Below are positions 23,696 through 36,795 of a stretch of 64,000 bases of DNA, one piece after another. Origin of the DNA: Camelus ferus (Eukaryota); contig NC_045697.1 in the NCBI RefSeq assembly GCF_009834535.1, positions 104,596,001 through 104,660,000 on the forward strand, in the 5' to 3' direction. Made by a program: the position numbers and the translations under genes. The stretch's first letter is position 1. Each line of letters opens with the position of its first letter. The notes below the pieces were generated by a model. The model was not told the origin of the DNA, did no database searches, and was given only the letters and a program-made list of their open reading frames with translations.

Positions 23696-25918
23696 TATCT
23701 TTTCACTCAACACAGATGTAGCAAACACCCACCATATTACACCATGCTCGTTGCTGGGAACATGAAACCAGATGTATAAATAAACACATGTACTGAAGTG
23801 CTTGGTGGTGACTCAGTAGCCGTCAGCACAGGGGACAGGAATGGCACAGAGACAACAGTAGTCAAAATTCTTTAAACTTCAGCTGGTGACACCAGTAAAC
23901 ACAGAGCAAGGACTCTTACTTCAACAATCCTTATCATTTTAGTGAGTATAATTATGTTACTGCTCTGAGAACGGCGTTACAATAAGCATTATAGTGTTGT
24001 CTCTATATTGGGAGCTTTTTTTAAGTCTGTAAATACATGTTATTCTCCATCCAAAAATAAGCCTATCCAGGAAATTTTAAATTATTTCAGTAATGAAACA
24101 AATGGGAGATTAAGTCCAGCAGATAGCCAAGACAAATGTGAATCTTTTACTAGCCTATTAACTCTACTGTTATTTTTAATAGTATTATTAGTCCACAATA
24201 TAGTATTAAACACTGTGCGTGTGTGGAGTGAAGAAAATGCACTGTCAGCCTTCCCAGACCTCTCCAAGCCTGAATCTGAATCTGCAGTTCTTTTTGTTTG
24301 TAACATAACCTGGCACGGTACTGCATTTATTGATTTTTCTCCATACTCCAAACAAGCAAAGTTAAAGCAAGGCACAGCCCACCATATGCAGTCGATTCTT
24401 TCTGAAATTCCAGTTGGGTCTTCCCATTGTAAAACCCTAGTGGTTTTGTTTTGTTTTGTTTTTAAAATAATCCTGCATTGGAGAAGCTGCTATCACACTC
24501 TCCTTTAAGTAGTAACAAAGACAAACCAGTGTCTATATCTGGTCAGCACTGACACTCCGACTTTTTTGTTTCTAAAACTGAGAGGAGACAGGCCACAGCT
24601 CTTAGAATCAGGGAATAATCAAGAACTGGAAATTAGACTGTAACTGCAAAGCCAGGCTTTCCCCATGAAGCATGCTGGCATAGGTCACTTAACTTGATGA
24701 AGCCAAAGTCCTAATATTTCATGGGTTTCCCAAGCTTTTAGCATCTATATTATTCAGTAGATTCTGTGGTTCTTCCTAGGGGTAATAAATCAGGAATAGC
24801 AATGCCAAACCTAGATATAATCAGAGGAGTCATGGAATCTTCCCAGGGGAACATAGAGAATTCCACAGATTTTTTTCCTTTTGGCTCCTAAACCACAGCC
24901 CCTTTACCTAATTTACGTACGTGGAATTGATCATCTTTTATTTGAATTGGATTCCATGACAGTGGATACCATTGTGCTTCTGGTGTTGTGTGGCAGATGT
25001 GTTCCAGATGGGAGAGAGTAACAGACTTGCTCAGACTGCGTAATATCACATGATCAGCCAAATCGTGGGCCCCAGGGACTATGGACACAGCCCGACTCAC
25101 TCCATTTACACGCAGGTTTTACAGAATTAAGCCATTTCCCCATAACCTATAGCTCGCTATTTCCCTCAGAGTGTGATCCCTGGGATTAACTACAGTTAGG
25201 TTCTTGTGTTTTTTAAAATATTCTGAAATGAGAAAATCTACTAAATGTGATCAGATAAAGGGAACCTTTGTGCCCTTTTAGGCTTTTCAGGGCAAACGTT
25301 TGTGCATGACAAAAATTTGAACTCCTGGGTCCAGTCTTTTTTCTATTTTATGAAACCTGATGGGATTAGGCTTAGATGACCCTGTTGGGAGGGACGGAAT
25401 TCTGCTGACCAGCTTAAAGCCATAAAGGGCCATCACTTGGAGGGGCAGTCGGGAAGGGGGTGGAGGGTGAGGGGAAGGAGGTGACTTTCCAAAGGAAAAC
25501 CCCTGAGACCTTAGAAAAGGGGAAAGGGAACAGCTGCACCAATTCCTTTCTCCATCTTTAAGGCTATATTGTCCATAAATCCTGCTCCTCCTCATTTTCT
25601 GCCTTTTCACATTTTTAGCTCAGTTGGTACCTCAATTTTTATTATTTTCTTTTTTTTTCATATTTTAGTACATTTCTTTATATATTTGCTATTTTAAAAG
25701 ATATAATCACAGATACGCTCATAAACTGTTATTTTCTTTGAACATAATTTTTGCCCTTCAAATTATAAAAATAATATATAGAATATATCTATATGTTTAA
25801 AGCTCTTGCAAAACAAAACAATAATTAATGAATGATCCATGGATGCAAGGGGAGGAAATCCCTACATGTGGAGCATTTTATCAACATAAAATGTCTTACA
25901 CTTAAAAATCTTACATTT

Positions 25919-26058
25919 GGGGGAGGGTAGAGCTCAGTGGTAGAATGCATGCTTAGCATGCACAAGGGCCTTGGGTTCAATCCCCAGAACCTCCATTAAA
26001 ACAAACAAACAAACCTAATTACCTTCCCCACAAATTTTAAAACAATACAAAACAAAAC
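25919..26058 (+). mobile_element. tRNA-derived SINE (Vic-1-like) with perfect 14-bp TSD
   Basis: gggggagggtagagctcagtggtagaatgcatgcttagcatgcacaagg..gggttcaatcccc with Pol III A/B boxes. TSD aaaatcttacattt at 25905-25918 and 26059-26072. Confidence 0.92.
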
Positions 26059-26667
26059 AAAATCTTACATTTAATTTATCCAGTCCTTTGCTATGACAAA
26101 GAAGCTACACTGGACATCTTTGTACGAGTCCCCATGGAACATTGCATGATTTCTCTAGGAATATTAAACAGGGGTAGAATTGCTGCTAAATGACAGGGTT
26201 TTGCATAGTTAATATCACTGCGTCCTGCCAGACTGTCTCCAGAATGGCCCTTCTACTCCCTCATTTCCTCTGGGGTTTCCTCTGGGGACTGAACCTTAAC
26301 AAAGCACTGACCCCCGAATCCTTGGCTCGAGATCGGCTTCTGGAAGAACCTGGCCAAAGGCAGTCCACCTTTCTATCTCACTGCTGAGCAGAAATGGCAA
26401 ATTGCAGGCACTGTACACTGCATGAATGAACTCTTCAGGTAGGTCAGCTCCCAGCGACAGGGATTCAGGGAAGACTGACTTCCAGCTGGAGTCGGAGGGG
26501 TCACATCCACATTCAAGGCGAGTTATAGGTGCCAATGGGAAACGTTACTGTGTGACTTCCCTACAATTAACATGTGTTGCTCTGTAAACACCATATATAT
26601 AGAAAGAGAGAAAAGCTGTCTTTGATTTTTGGTGATGGTAGTGTTACACTCTCCTCAGTTCATCCAT

Positions 26668-27188
26668 CGTATTAATCAGGGTTCTTCAGAGAAACAGAAC
26701 CAGTAGAATAGACACATATGCTATAGATAAGAGACTTATTACAGGAACTGACTTGCATGATGATGGAGGCCTAGAAGTCCCAGTCTGCCATCCACAAGCT
26801 GGGGAACCAGGAAAGCCTGTTGTATAATTCAGTCCAAGTGCAAAGGCCCTAGAATCCAGGGCCTGATTGCATGAGTCCTACTCGGAGTCTGAAGGCCTGA
26901 GGGTCAGGAGCTCCAGTGCTCCAGAGCAAGAGGAGCTGGATGTCTTGGCTGAAGTAGAGAGAACAAATTCACCCTTCCTCCATTTTTCGTTCCATTCAAG
27001 CTCTCAGGGGATTGGGTAACATCCTCCCGCACTGGTGAGAGCAATCTTCTTTATTCAGTCTGCCAAATGCTAATCTCTTTCAGAGACGCTTTCACAGACA
27101 CACCAGCAATAACATTTTGCCAACTCTCTGAGAGTCCCTTAGCTCAGTTAAGTAAAAATAAAATTAACACATAAAATTAATCATCACG
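26668..27188 (-). mobile_element. MLT2 (ERVL) solo LTR
   Basis: gtattaatcagggttcttcagagaaacagaacc ... acataaaattaatcatcac; homologous to 22159-22716. Confidence 0.85.
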
Positions 27189-27949
27189 GTTATACAATAA
27201 ATACCCGAGATAAATCAAAATCATTTTGCTACATGTGTTCTTATAGAATCTACCAGGGGAGAAATAAATTTTCAACAAGCTGGAGATACATACAACCCAC
27301 ATAACTGCGCCTCAAAGCCTTTATTTCACAAACATCTCTTAATCTCATAGCTGTTCCACCTTAAAGAGTCTTTCTCAGTCTTTCAAATCCATCAGTCAGG
27401 ATGCCTGGGGGAGATTCAGCCCTTAAGCAGTCTGACCTGTTTACCTCCCCTTCCTCTGTGTCCATGGAGAATCTATGAAGTGGTAGGCTGTTTTCTAATT
27501 CCTCCCCCGGCACTGAGTGCTTTATTTCCAAAGTTCAACAGGCAGAAGGGAGCCTGAGTTCAATACTTCCTCCACGTTGACCCTCCTACCTCCTCTGCGG
27601 GTATTCAGCAATTGCACCATAAATTGCACGATACTTTGTGCGTGGTTGGTTGGTACAGCCATACATTATTGGTGCCAGCATCCCAGAGTCTCCATTGATG
27701 AAAAAGTAGAAAGGTCATGGGAACTTAATATTCTGCTGAACCACGAGTTGTTTCAGGCAAAATAATGGTGCAAGTTCTGACCACGCCTGGGATCACTCAT
27801 CATTCCTCTGGGCTGTCCCAACACTCCAGGGAACACTGTGTGGTTACACTCAAGTCCTCTCATCTAAAATGTATGCTGTATGACGTATGATCTTACAAGC
27901 GCTTGCCTCTGTTGACTACTCAGTATGCAACAAGTAAAAGGTTGTTATT

Positions 27950-28235
27950 CTGATTTCAGCTTAAATGTCACTTCCTCAGAGAGACTTTCCTGACCGCACA
28001 ATGTAAATTAGTCACCCACTCACTCTATAGTTTTGTTTTGTTTTAATTCTCTGCACAGCACAGATCACGAAAAGATATTTTTCCTGCTCATTTAAGTTTG
28101 TCTATTGTCTGCTCCCTCTTACTATATAAAGGACCCAGCCTACCTTGTTTGTTGTAATGTCTCCAGTGCCTGGAATAATTCTGGGTGGCACTATAGTAAG
28201 CCCCCAGTATTTTATGTTAAGTGAATTAAATCAAG
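27950..28235 (+). mobile_element. LINE-2 3' end
   Basis: cagcttaaatgtcacttcctcagagagactttcctgacc..tctccagtgcctggaa. Confidence 0.7.
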
Positions 28236-28320
28236 GTGAAATAATAAAAAATGGCTAGGAGGCCACCTTGAGGCTACTTTTACTATAGGATGCTCAGAGA
28301 AGGCCTTTCTGGGGAGACAA

Positions 28321-28455
28321 GGTTTGACTTTACTTATTTATTATTATTTGGGGTTATTTATTCATTTTATTTTTAGAGGAGGTACTAGGGATCAAACCCG
28401 GGACCTTGTGCATGCTAAGCATGCACTCTACCACTTGAGCTATACCCTTCCCACC
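28321..28455 (-). mobile_element. tRNA-derived SINE (Vic-1-like) with 12-bp TSD
   Basis: Reverse complement of the SINE head. TSD ctggggagacaa at 28309-28320 and 28456-28467. Confidence 0.9.
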
Positions 28456-29450
28456 CTGGGGAGACAATTTTTGAGTTGAATCCTATCTAATGACAATTAG
28501 ATAAGAGTATGGGGTTTTGATTATTATCCGGGCCTGCACATTTTTATTATTGATATGAGATTGTTCCTGTCGGGGGAAAAGGGCTTTATATCCATCAAAG
28601 AGTGACCAAAAACAAAACTATGGACTTGGCCCAAGACTTCAACAGAACAGGTTATAGGACTAACCCTAAAGAGTGGACTTAAAAGAGGTAATGAGAGAAA
28701 TCATTCTCAGTGCCTCCGAGAACATTCTCCTTTTCAGTACTTCAGATTGTTTTTGTCCCTGAATACCTAAAACAAAAGTCCACAGTGGAAGACATGGTGA
28801 GAGAAGCACTCACCAGAGTGGGGAGAACACATGCTCTTCTACTGAGCAGTGGGAAAGCCTGGGGGGTGGGGGGTGCAGTATGCATGTCCCACCTCGGTTC
28901 TTTAGGGGTTCAGTGCTCCGACCCCACACTCCTAAGATTTAGCCAGTTGAGGGGTAGACTATGGAGACAGAAATCTGGCAAAGGGAGACAAGATGGAGGC
29001 ATCAGACTGGTGAATTGTGCCCTATGTGGTAAAGGACCCTTATGCATTGCAGTTCCTATTGGGAACACATGAGCAGACCACCTCATAGGGTGTCTGAGGA
29101 CCTAGACCAACACAGTGGCGGCAGCTAAGGACAAATAAGCAGGAACTACTTGAGAGGACTGTACTGACTATCCTCAAGTCTCCCATATTTTTTCATGTAG
29201 CATAGAAAGAATATAGAAGTGCCCGCTTGCTCCCAGAGAAGGTCATGGAAGCTAGCCAAGAGCCAAGACCAGAGCTTGCCCTGGGGTCACTAGGGAGCTG
29301 AGATGACACTAACGGCCACAGGGTAAACAGGGCAGGCCAGACAGCCAGTGGGGGACAAACCTTTCTGCAGTGGGTACAGCGAGGACAGAAGTCACCCACT
29401 GCAGAGGTGAGTATATATCTCAACAGGTGATCAACAGAAAACAGTGAGAA

Positions 29451-29495
29451 TGACGTCACTTAGGCGGGGAGCCCTGCCCCAGAGCTATAAATAAG
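29451..29495 (+). promoter_or_regulatory. Candidate core-promoter module: CRE, GC box, TATA/MEF2
   Basis: TGACGTCA (29451-58), GGCGGGG (29463-69), CTATAAATAA (29485-94). Motif evidence only. Confidence 0.3.
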
Positions 29496-31114
29496 CTCCC
29501 CCTCACACCCAGACAGCATCTTGGGCATAAGGAGAAGGAAGGGAAACTCCTCAGGAGAGAAAGAACTCTGGGGGGGGGGGGGTGAATTTTAAATTGCTTG
29601 AATATGGGTATACAGGCACACCCATAAAAATGAAACTATTAAATTGGAATAGGTTAAATTGCCTTCTAATCATAAGCTTTAAAAAATGATTTTCAACCAT
29701 CACTAGGAATTTAAGTAGCTGCAGAGGAAGATGAAGTCAGGTGCAGAAAGACAGAAGCCAAACTTGTCACATGGTCACTTGAGATTGATTCCCCAGTTTG
29801 ACCCTACTCTGTATACACAGCACAAGTGTCCACTTCTAACGTTCCAGTTTGAGATGCTCAAGCCATGTTTAGTTCAGCTCACAGACCTCCTCAACAGGTG
29901 CCCAAGGATTCCTTTGATCTTATAGTTATAGTTGTCTGGCAGGCAGAGGTAGGGAACAAATAAGACTGTAGCTTCCTCTATGCGCTGTAGAGTCAAAGAG
30001 AGGAGACTCAGCTGAGTGTTGCTTCCACACCCACAGTGACTACATAATTTACTGGCAGGACCCTTGAGGCCGGCGACATGAAACTCCCAATGAAGACCAG
30101 GACCATCGATGGCAAAACCTTGAACTTCTCTGGCAGTGACCCCTCTCTCTGAACCCACTTCTCCCTTCCTCAGCCCCTCCCAATTAAACCTATGTCCTTC
30201 TTCTCCTGTTGCCACTACAAAGATGTTCTAGTTTCTCTTTTTCTAACACAGGAGCTGTAAACGTCTAACAAGTAGAGCCATGATCATCCGTTAAACTTGG
30301 GTCTCCTAGAATCCGTTCCTTTTTTTTTTTTTCCCAGAAGCAGGAAGAGCTTTCTCCGGAAACCTATTTCCAGCCCTCCCATTCCTGGAAGGGAAGAGAG
30401 GGCTTTGCTGTCCAGGCTAGAGAATGTCACCCAAACGTTCACTATGACCTAAGAGAGTTTGGGAGACTCTGGAGAGATTGACTGAAGTAAAACAAGTCGG
30501 TTAACCAAAAAAGAGAAAAACAGAGGCTCCAACACAGGAGAGAGACAAAGAGACTTCCCAGACTAATAATGAAGAGACACCCTAGGAAGACAGCTGAGCA
30601 GCGGCTGGCCGGGGCAACTAGTCCAGACAGGAGCAGGAGGACAGAAAGCTCTGGAAAGCAGGTCCTGTCTCCAGAGGAAGAAGACAGAATTAGTAGATTA
30701 TCTAATATGGTCTGAATTAGGACTTTGCTCTATTGGCATAATCACACAATATTGTCTTAAATATCTCTGAGAGTAGTTTAGAATTTTAAAAATTCTCTTC
30801 TGTTCCCTGAATTATCTGTTTTCTCCAGGATTGATTATTGTTTCAACTTTGGTCTTCCATTTCCCATTGTTTGCTTTCCTCGTGTGTCTATTCATATTTA
30901 TCAGTGGTGGATGATATTAGTTAACATAGGAACCAAGACAGATTTTCTCTCTAGGTGTTTGGGTCCATTTCTTCAGTGGGCTCTCCCTTGAGATCTGATG
31001 ATAGATAAGTGGACAGAAGGGTGCTTCCAGGCAGCCGGTATGGATGAGGGACCAAGAACTCTTTCAAATATCAAATTACAAAGAACTTTTTCATGTATTT
31101 TACCCCTGCAAAAC

Positions 31115-31310
31115 CACCTTCCCTCTTCCCCCTCCTCCTCCCCCTCCTCCTCCCCCTCCTCCTTCCTCTCCTCCCCCCTCCTTCTTCCTCCTCTCCCTCC
31201 TCTCTCTGTTCCCCCTCTTATCCCTCCTTCTTCTTCCTCTCCTCTCCCTCCTCTCTTTCCCCTCCCTTTCCCTCCTTCCTCCTCTTCTTCTTCATCCTTT
31301 TGTTTTGTTT
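31115..31310. repeat. Polypyrimidine/polypurine low-complexity tract (CCT/CTT-rich)
   Basis: ~190 bp almost purely C/T on the + strand. Confidence 0.95.
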
Positions 31311-31483
31311 TAGAAGCCAACAGTTACCCTAAATTCTGTGCTACTTTTTGTTCAGGTATGAGTACACTGTCTGGGAGCCTCATGCAAGTCTACTGTTGAC
31401 TAATAGCAGTTGTAACCGTGGGCCTAAGAATAAGGCAACTACTCCTCTCAGCCCCAATCCAGGGTGTCGGGGAACAGCCCTAG

Positions 31484-31657
31484 CAGGACTCAGTATATAA
31501 TTTGCAGGCCTTGGTGCAAAAGGAAAATACAGGGTCCCTTGTTTAAAAACTATTAAGAATTTCAAGACAAAGTGAGAGTATCAAACCAAGCTGAGGCCAC
31601 CTGTAAGCACTGGCACCATGCCACTGTGCAGGCCACGTGCCCATGGAGGCAGCCCTG
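31484..31657 (-). mobile_element. MER91A-like hAT-Tip100 MITE
   Basis: Termini caggac.. and ..gccctg. The body matches the recalled MER91A reverse complement (tgcaaaaggaaaat..cccttgtttaaaaa..ttaagaatttcaagac). Confidence 0.75.
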
Positions 31658-34239
31658 ACTCCCCTTTAGGCATTTCACTGAGTTGTTTTTCCCAATAAAT
31701 ATCCTTAAACTCTTTGCCATTACATTTTTGTTTTGTTTTGTTTTTCTACTGTCGGGCTTTTTTCATCAACACATCTCCTGCTTCCCATTGATCAGGGGTT
31801 CCCCAGATCTTCTGGTTTGCTGTGGATGGTACTTTTCCTCACTTTCCAGTGATATTTTTTGTTTTATTCTTTTGTAAAGTATATCTTCTATTATTTTGGA
31901 CCTTTGAGAAGAGGACATAGATGTCCATTTGAACCCTAATCCAGTTTTTTTTTTTAATGACAAATGAGTAATCAGAAGTATGTGGATGGTATACTGGTTT
32001 TAAAATCATCCAGTCCCCTAAAATTTGTTCATTTTAGTAGCAGTCACCAGAGCTTAAGTTAAACACTAAAATAATACATGTCTGGGGGCACTTGTGAACT
32101 TCCCCTTAAAAATTTCACGTTATTTCTTATATGAACTCATTTCAAAAACAATATTTGATATCAATTAAGTTGTCAGTCTTCAAAGTTGATGGAGTTTCCC
32201 ATTGTACAAACAAGCATCCCTTTACCAGGAAAGTCAACTATTTTTAAGGTCCATTTTTCTTCAGCCAAAGGATGTGGTTTATATAGAGAGAGATAAATGA
32301 ACACTAGAAATCTGAGGGGGAAAGGGAATTTCTGATTTAGCTTATTATTTTTTGCTTTCTATCTGCACATCTTCACAAACTCCACCCCCGTCAAAAGACA
32401 AAAGGTTTATCTGATACTTTATTACCTGGTAGAATCCTTAAAAGAGACTTTCAGTTGCTCCTCTAAATCTCTAAAATCTCTGTGATTTTATTGAAATGAT
32501 TTATCAGAAAGTGTTCAGAGTCCTAGAACTTCCTTGTGCCTGAACGTATTTTTTTTCCTGAGAACGTTCTTTTGTGAAGGACAACTGCATTTCACTCAGT
32601 CACGTAGGCAGAAGTGGACTTTTCTGATGAAACATGGCATGAGAACTATTATTTCAAGTCACTCCTACTTTATGAATTTTGAAACAAACCATTGATTTCC
32701 CAAACTTTTTCTTGCAACTTACAGAAATGAGAATTGACAAGGAAAGTGACTCATAACAGTATCATATTTTTTTCTAGAATTAACACTGTTTTCAATGGGC
32801 AGAGCAAGAGCCTTAAGTGCAATCCACACTTTTTGATCCGACAATTGTAATTCTGGGAACCTACCTCAGAAATAATCTGAAAAGCAAGTTGTACCCTAAT
32901 GATGTCAAATTTCCTTTTTTTCGTAATAGCAAAAACTAAAACATCTTAAGAAGTGTCTGAATATCGCTTTCTTCTAAAACAGAGTCTGAGACACAGACTA
33001 GGGCAGGTAGTTTATTTGAAAGGTGGCTCTAGGAACCAGAATAAAGGAGACGGAAAATTAAGAGAGAGAAAAAAGAAAAGTCAACAAATGGTGTACTTTA
33101 AGCTCATTTCATCTGTAGGTGACTAGGGTCTTGTCCTGCTGAGGACCCTCTGAAGAACCTGGTATTATGCATCTCAGAATTGGGGGACAGTGCCCCAAGT
33201 CCACTGGGTGTTGTCTCCAAGCTCTCATCTTATCTGAGCCTTTAATAGGCTTTCTCAACATTTTATCACATCCAGTGATATGGTATATTGTAGTACTCAT
33301 AGATCTTGCAGTCTTAAGCCCACGGACACCTGTCCTTTGCCCCCATATTGGGTCACTTGGCCCAAGCCGATGTTATAAAGGATCCATGTCAGCAAATCAG
33401 GTACAGTAGGTAAGAGACACTAGTAATAGCAGGGGCACTGTGGACAGGGAATGTAAATCCACATTCTGCTGAACAAAGCTTGATCTAAATAAATGATGAG
33501 CCTGATCCTGAGCTAAAATAGAGCCTGATCCTGAGCTCCACAGAGAAGCACTGAAGCACGGAGGTGCCAGGCAAGTGCGTAAAGGCTTCCTGGGACTCAA
33601 AACCAGACCAGCCTCTCGCTGAAGGCAGCTAGGGTGCCTGACACCACACGGAGCAGGAGAACCACCCATCCCAGCTTGGCCCAAATTCCTGACCCACAGG
33701 ATGATTTAAAAAACAATTAATCATTTTTGTTTGAGCCTCAAAGTTTGGGATGACTTACTAGCAGCAAGAAGCCAGGAGCTTCTGTTTTCATGCTCTCGAA
33801 ACACTTTCTCTTAGAAGTCAGCCACCATGTAAAAAGTCTGACTTATCTGAGACCATCACACTAGGAGGAGGTCAAGGGGCTTTGTGGAGGGGCTCCAAGG
33901 CTCCCTAGCCAACAGTCCTAGCTCAACCAGAATCAAGTCATGCAGAAGAATCCACAGTATCAGAAGCAATTAAAAAACAAAACAAATGAATCATTGCTGT
34001 TTTGAGCCCTTAAGTTTTGGTGTAGTTTGTTCCATTGCAAAGGATCACTGAAACATGCAATCACTCCTCTCATGGGCCCATTGCTCATGTGCTGACAGAG
34101 GCTGGCTGACATCCACCAATTGCACCTCGTCCATCTCATTGCCAAGTAACTTCTCCGTCATAGGTGCTTCCTAGCAGACACTGTTATGAGCCCAAAGATT
34201 TTTGTGTGCACGCTCATCGGTCCATCCACCTTCCTCTTT

Positions 34240-34469
34240 CCTCAAGTCTTTACCTCAAATGGTGTTCTCCCTCTGGACGTGCTATGTGTCTGTGTCCAAA
34301 TTTCCTTCTTCTTATCAGGATGTCAATTATTAGATTAGAGCCCATTCTAATCCAGTAAGGCCTCATCTTAACTTGACTGCATCTGTAGAAACCTGTTTCC
34401 ATATAAGGTAACACCCTGAAGTTCCTGGTGGACATGGATTTTTGGGGAACCCTATTCAACCCAGTACAT
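34240..34469 (-). mobile_element. MLT1 (MaLR) LTR fragment
   Basis: ccaaatttccttctt..cctcatcttaacttg..ctattcaacccagtaca. Confidence 0.75.
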
Positions 34470-35819
34470 TCTCCAAAGACAAACAACTAACCAGATAGCC
34501 ACACAGACATGTGGCTTCAGGGGCCAACAGAGTAGCTATTACTACACACTTATGCTTTACACCACTGGATAACTAGACAATTAAATTTCTCCCCTAGCAT
34601 GTGCCAGAGCCAAAGGATAGTGGCAAACTGTGCCAAGAACATTCACTAAACTCCTTTACCACAGAACCCTTGGTTCAAATGAAGTTTTACTAGAAGCGTC
34701 AGACAAATATAATGGATAAAAGCTTTTCTGGTAGAAGCAGAGCCAGCAGGACCAGGGTCTCCCCATCCTGCTCTCAGAATATGAGGAAAGGAGCTTCACA
34801 ATACATTACTGGAAATCTACTTTTCCACTTTTCTGTTTGATTCGGGAAGCAACTAATAAGTGCCACTAGCATAGAGCAAAATAGGTACATAAGGGTTAAG
34901 AGAAGAGGTAAAGGGAGGAATAAAGTGAATTTATGAAAGGCTTGGGGTGGGGGGAGGTGGTTATGGCCACCTTAAACATTTTAGAGAGGGAAAGTCACAA
35001 AAGACCGAACGGTGGCCTCCTGATAACTAACCAAGGGAGATGGGAAAAGGGTGAAGGGGAAAGGAAGGAAGGATCTCCTTCCACGATGATTCAGGGTGGC
35101 AGTTAATGTTTTGATGGCCCTATGATGGACTCATACATGAAGCTCTAGATTTTCCTGGGTCGAATTTGAGGCAATTGGCTACACAGTGCCGGCGAGTTTA
35201 CACCAAATGACTTAGAGATCCTCTGTTTCCCAAATAAGTAGATAAACAGAAGACTCTAGTCTCCAGCCTCATTAATCTAATACCTTCTGTGAGCTCTCAG
35301 CCTGCACACAAGGCCAAATAAAAGCATTCAATATAAATAAATCAATAATAATTTACATCTTTTGATCTCTCCAAAGAGAAATGTTTATATGTGGTGAAAA
35401 AATAAATTAAATGACATTGAAAGGAAGAAACATCCCTCCCCACAAACAGACAGGACACTTAAAAAAAAAAAAAAAGTGAGACACTAAGCCATTTAATGTG
35501 TCTTTAGAGTCTTTACCAAAGCAGGGAATTATCTGTCAAGATGCCAAGGCCTGTGAGTCCATCAGTTGGTTAAGTTTTTCGAAAGTCAAGCTCCCAAGAA
35601 AGCACTTTAACTTGTTGCCTTAAACAGATTAATAGTTTAATCTATGAATTCTCATATCTTAGAACTAGCTGAGTCTGATATGGGGCAACTAGCTAGTTAG
35701 GAACAATTCAATCAAAATGTTGCTAAGTAGTATTACAAGGATATCGTGAGACCTGAACACAGGATATTTTGTTCAGTGAACACTGTGTCACCAGTTCCAT
35801 CTGTGTGGCTAGTTCTTCT

Positions 35820-36195
35820 CGGTACAAGGGCCTTTCTTGCTCTGAGCTCCTATAACAAAATAGCAGAGGATCGATGGCTTAAAAAAAATATTTCTTATGG
35901 TTCTGGAGCTGAGAAGTCCAAGATGAAGGTTCCAGCAGATTCCGTGTCCAGTGAGAAATGCTTCCTGCCACACAGAAGGCCACCTTCTTACTGTACACAC
36001 ACATAGTGGAGAGACAGGGGGCGGCCTTCCTCTTCTTGAAAATGCACTAATTCCATCATGGGGGCTCCAACCTCTAGACCTCATCAAATCCTGGTTATCT
36101 CCCAAAGGCTCAACCTCCAAATATCATCCCATTGGGGGTTAGGGCTCCAACATACAAATTTTGGGGGAGTCATACAAACATTCAGACGATAGATC
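35820..36195 (-). mobile_element. MLT1/MST (MaLR) LTR
   Basis: ggttctggagctgagaagtccaagatgaagg..gcactaattccatcatg..aacattcag. Confidence 0.8.
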
Positions 36196-36214
36196 TAATC
36201 TACTTGGAAGTCTA

Positions 36215-36795
36215 GTGATTAATATTCTTAAATGCATTTTTAAAATCCATATAATGTGCTTCTAGGGAGAATACAAAAGCTACAACATGCATGCCTGTGT
36301 ATGGGTGCATACCCACATATCCTCACCCACACATATGATAGTAAACATTACGTGGAGGTAGAATTCTGGTTTAGAAATCAACTCAGTGCCACCAAAAATA
36401 TATATATAATATGTAGAATTATAAGAACACAGATTATGTTAAAATACATTTATCAGAATATTTTTAAAAAACAAACTTATGATAAGGCAGCATAGGTCTT
36501 CTGTATTAACACAGTAAATAATAAGATCTAGAAGCAAGTCAAATAACTATCATAATTTTAAAGGAGGGATGAGCATAGGTGATATTTTGAGAGAACTATC
36601 AATAATTACAATATGATGTGAAAACATCCATGATTTCTGTTGATCACAAACTCATTGGGTCTGCTAACTACTGTGGTGTGTTGCCTGTATTCATAGTTGA
36701 AAGAAATGCTAATTGTCCAGTTGGAAGTGAGTGAATATAAAATTGCAGTTTTTTTTCCCATTCACGTACTCAGCCCCCCAGATTCAGAACCCCTC
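36215..36795 (+). mobile_element. hAT-Charlie-type DNA transposon fragment (same family as 10440-10921)
   Basis: ctactgtggtgtgttgcctgtattcatagttgaaagaaatgctaa..agaacccct. The 5' boundary is uncertain. Confidence 0.55.

Noticed and set aside
24008..24508. Longest non-EDNRA ORF (166 aa)
   Set aside because: Non-ATG start, no recognisable domain and no evident exon structure. An ORF this long can occur by chance in 64 kb across six frames.
25919..25995. tRNA-like sequence with A and B boxes (also at 47905)
   Set aside because: Followed by a SINE body and A tail and flanked by TSDs, so it is a SINE rather than a tRNA gene.
30973..31399. Overlapping Pro/Ser-rich and Glu/Gly-rich ORFs
   Set aside because: These are translations of the C/T low-complexity tract.
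33498..33540. Short direct repeats (gagcctgatcctgagct x2; similar pairs near 40557 and 55722)
   Set aside because: Only 2-3 units with no unique spacers. These are ordinary slippage duplications, not CRISPR-like arrays.
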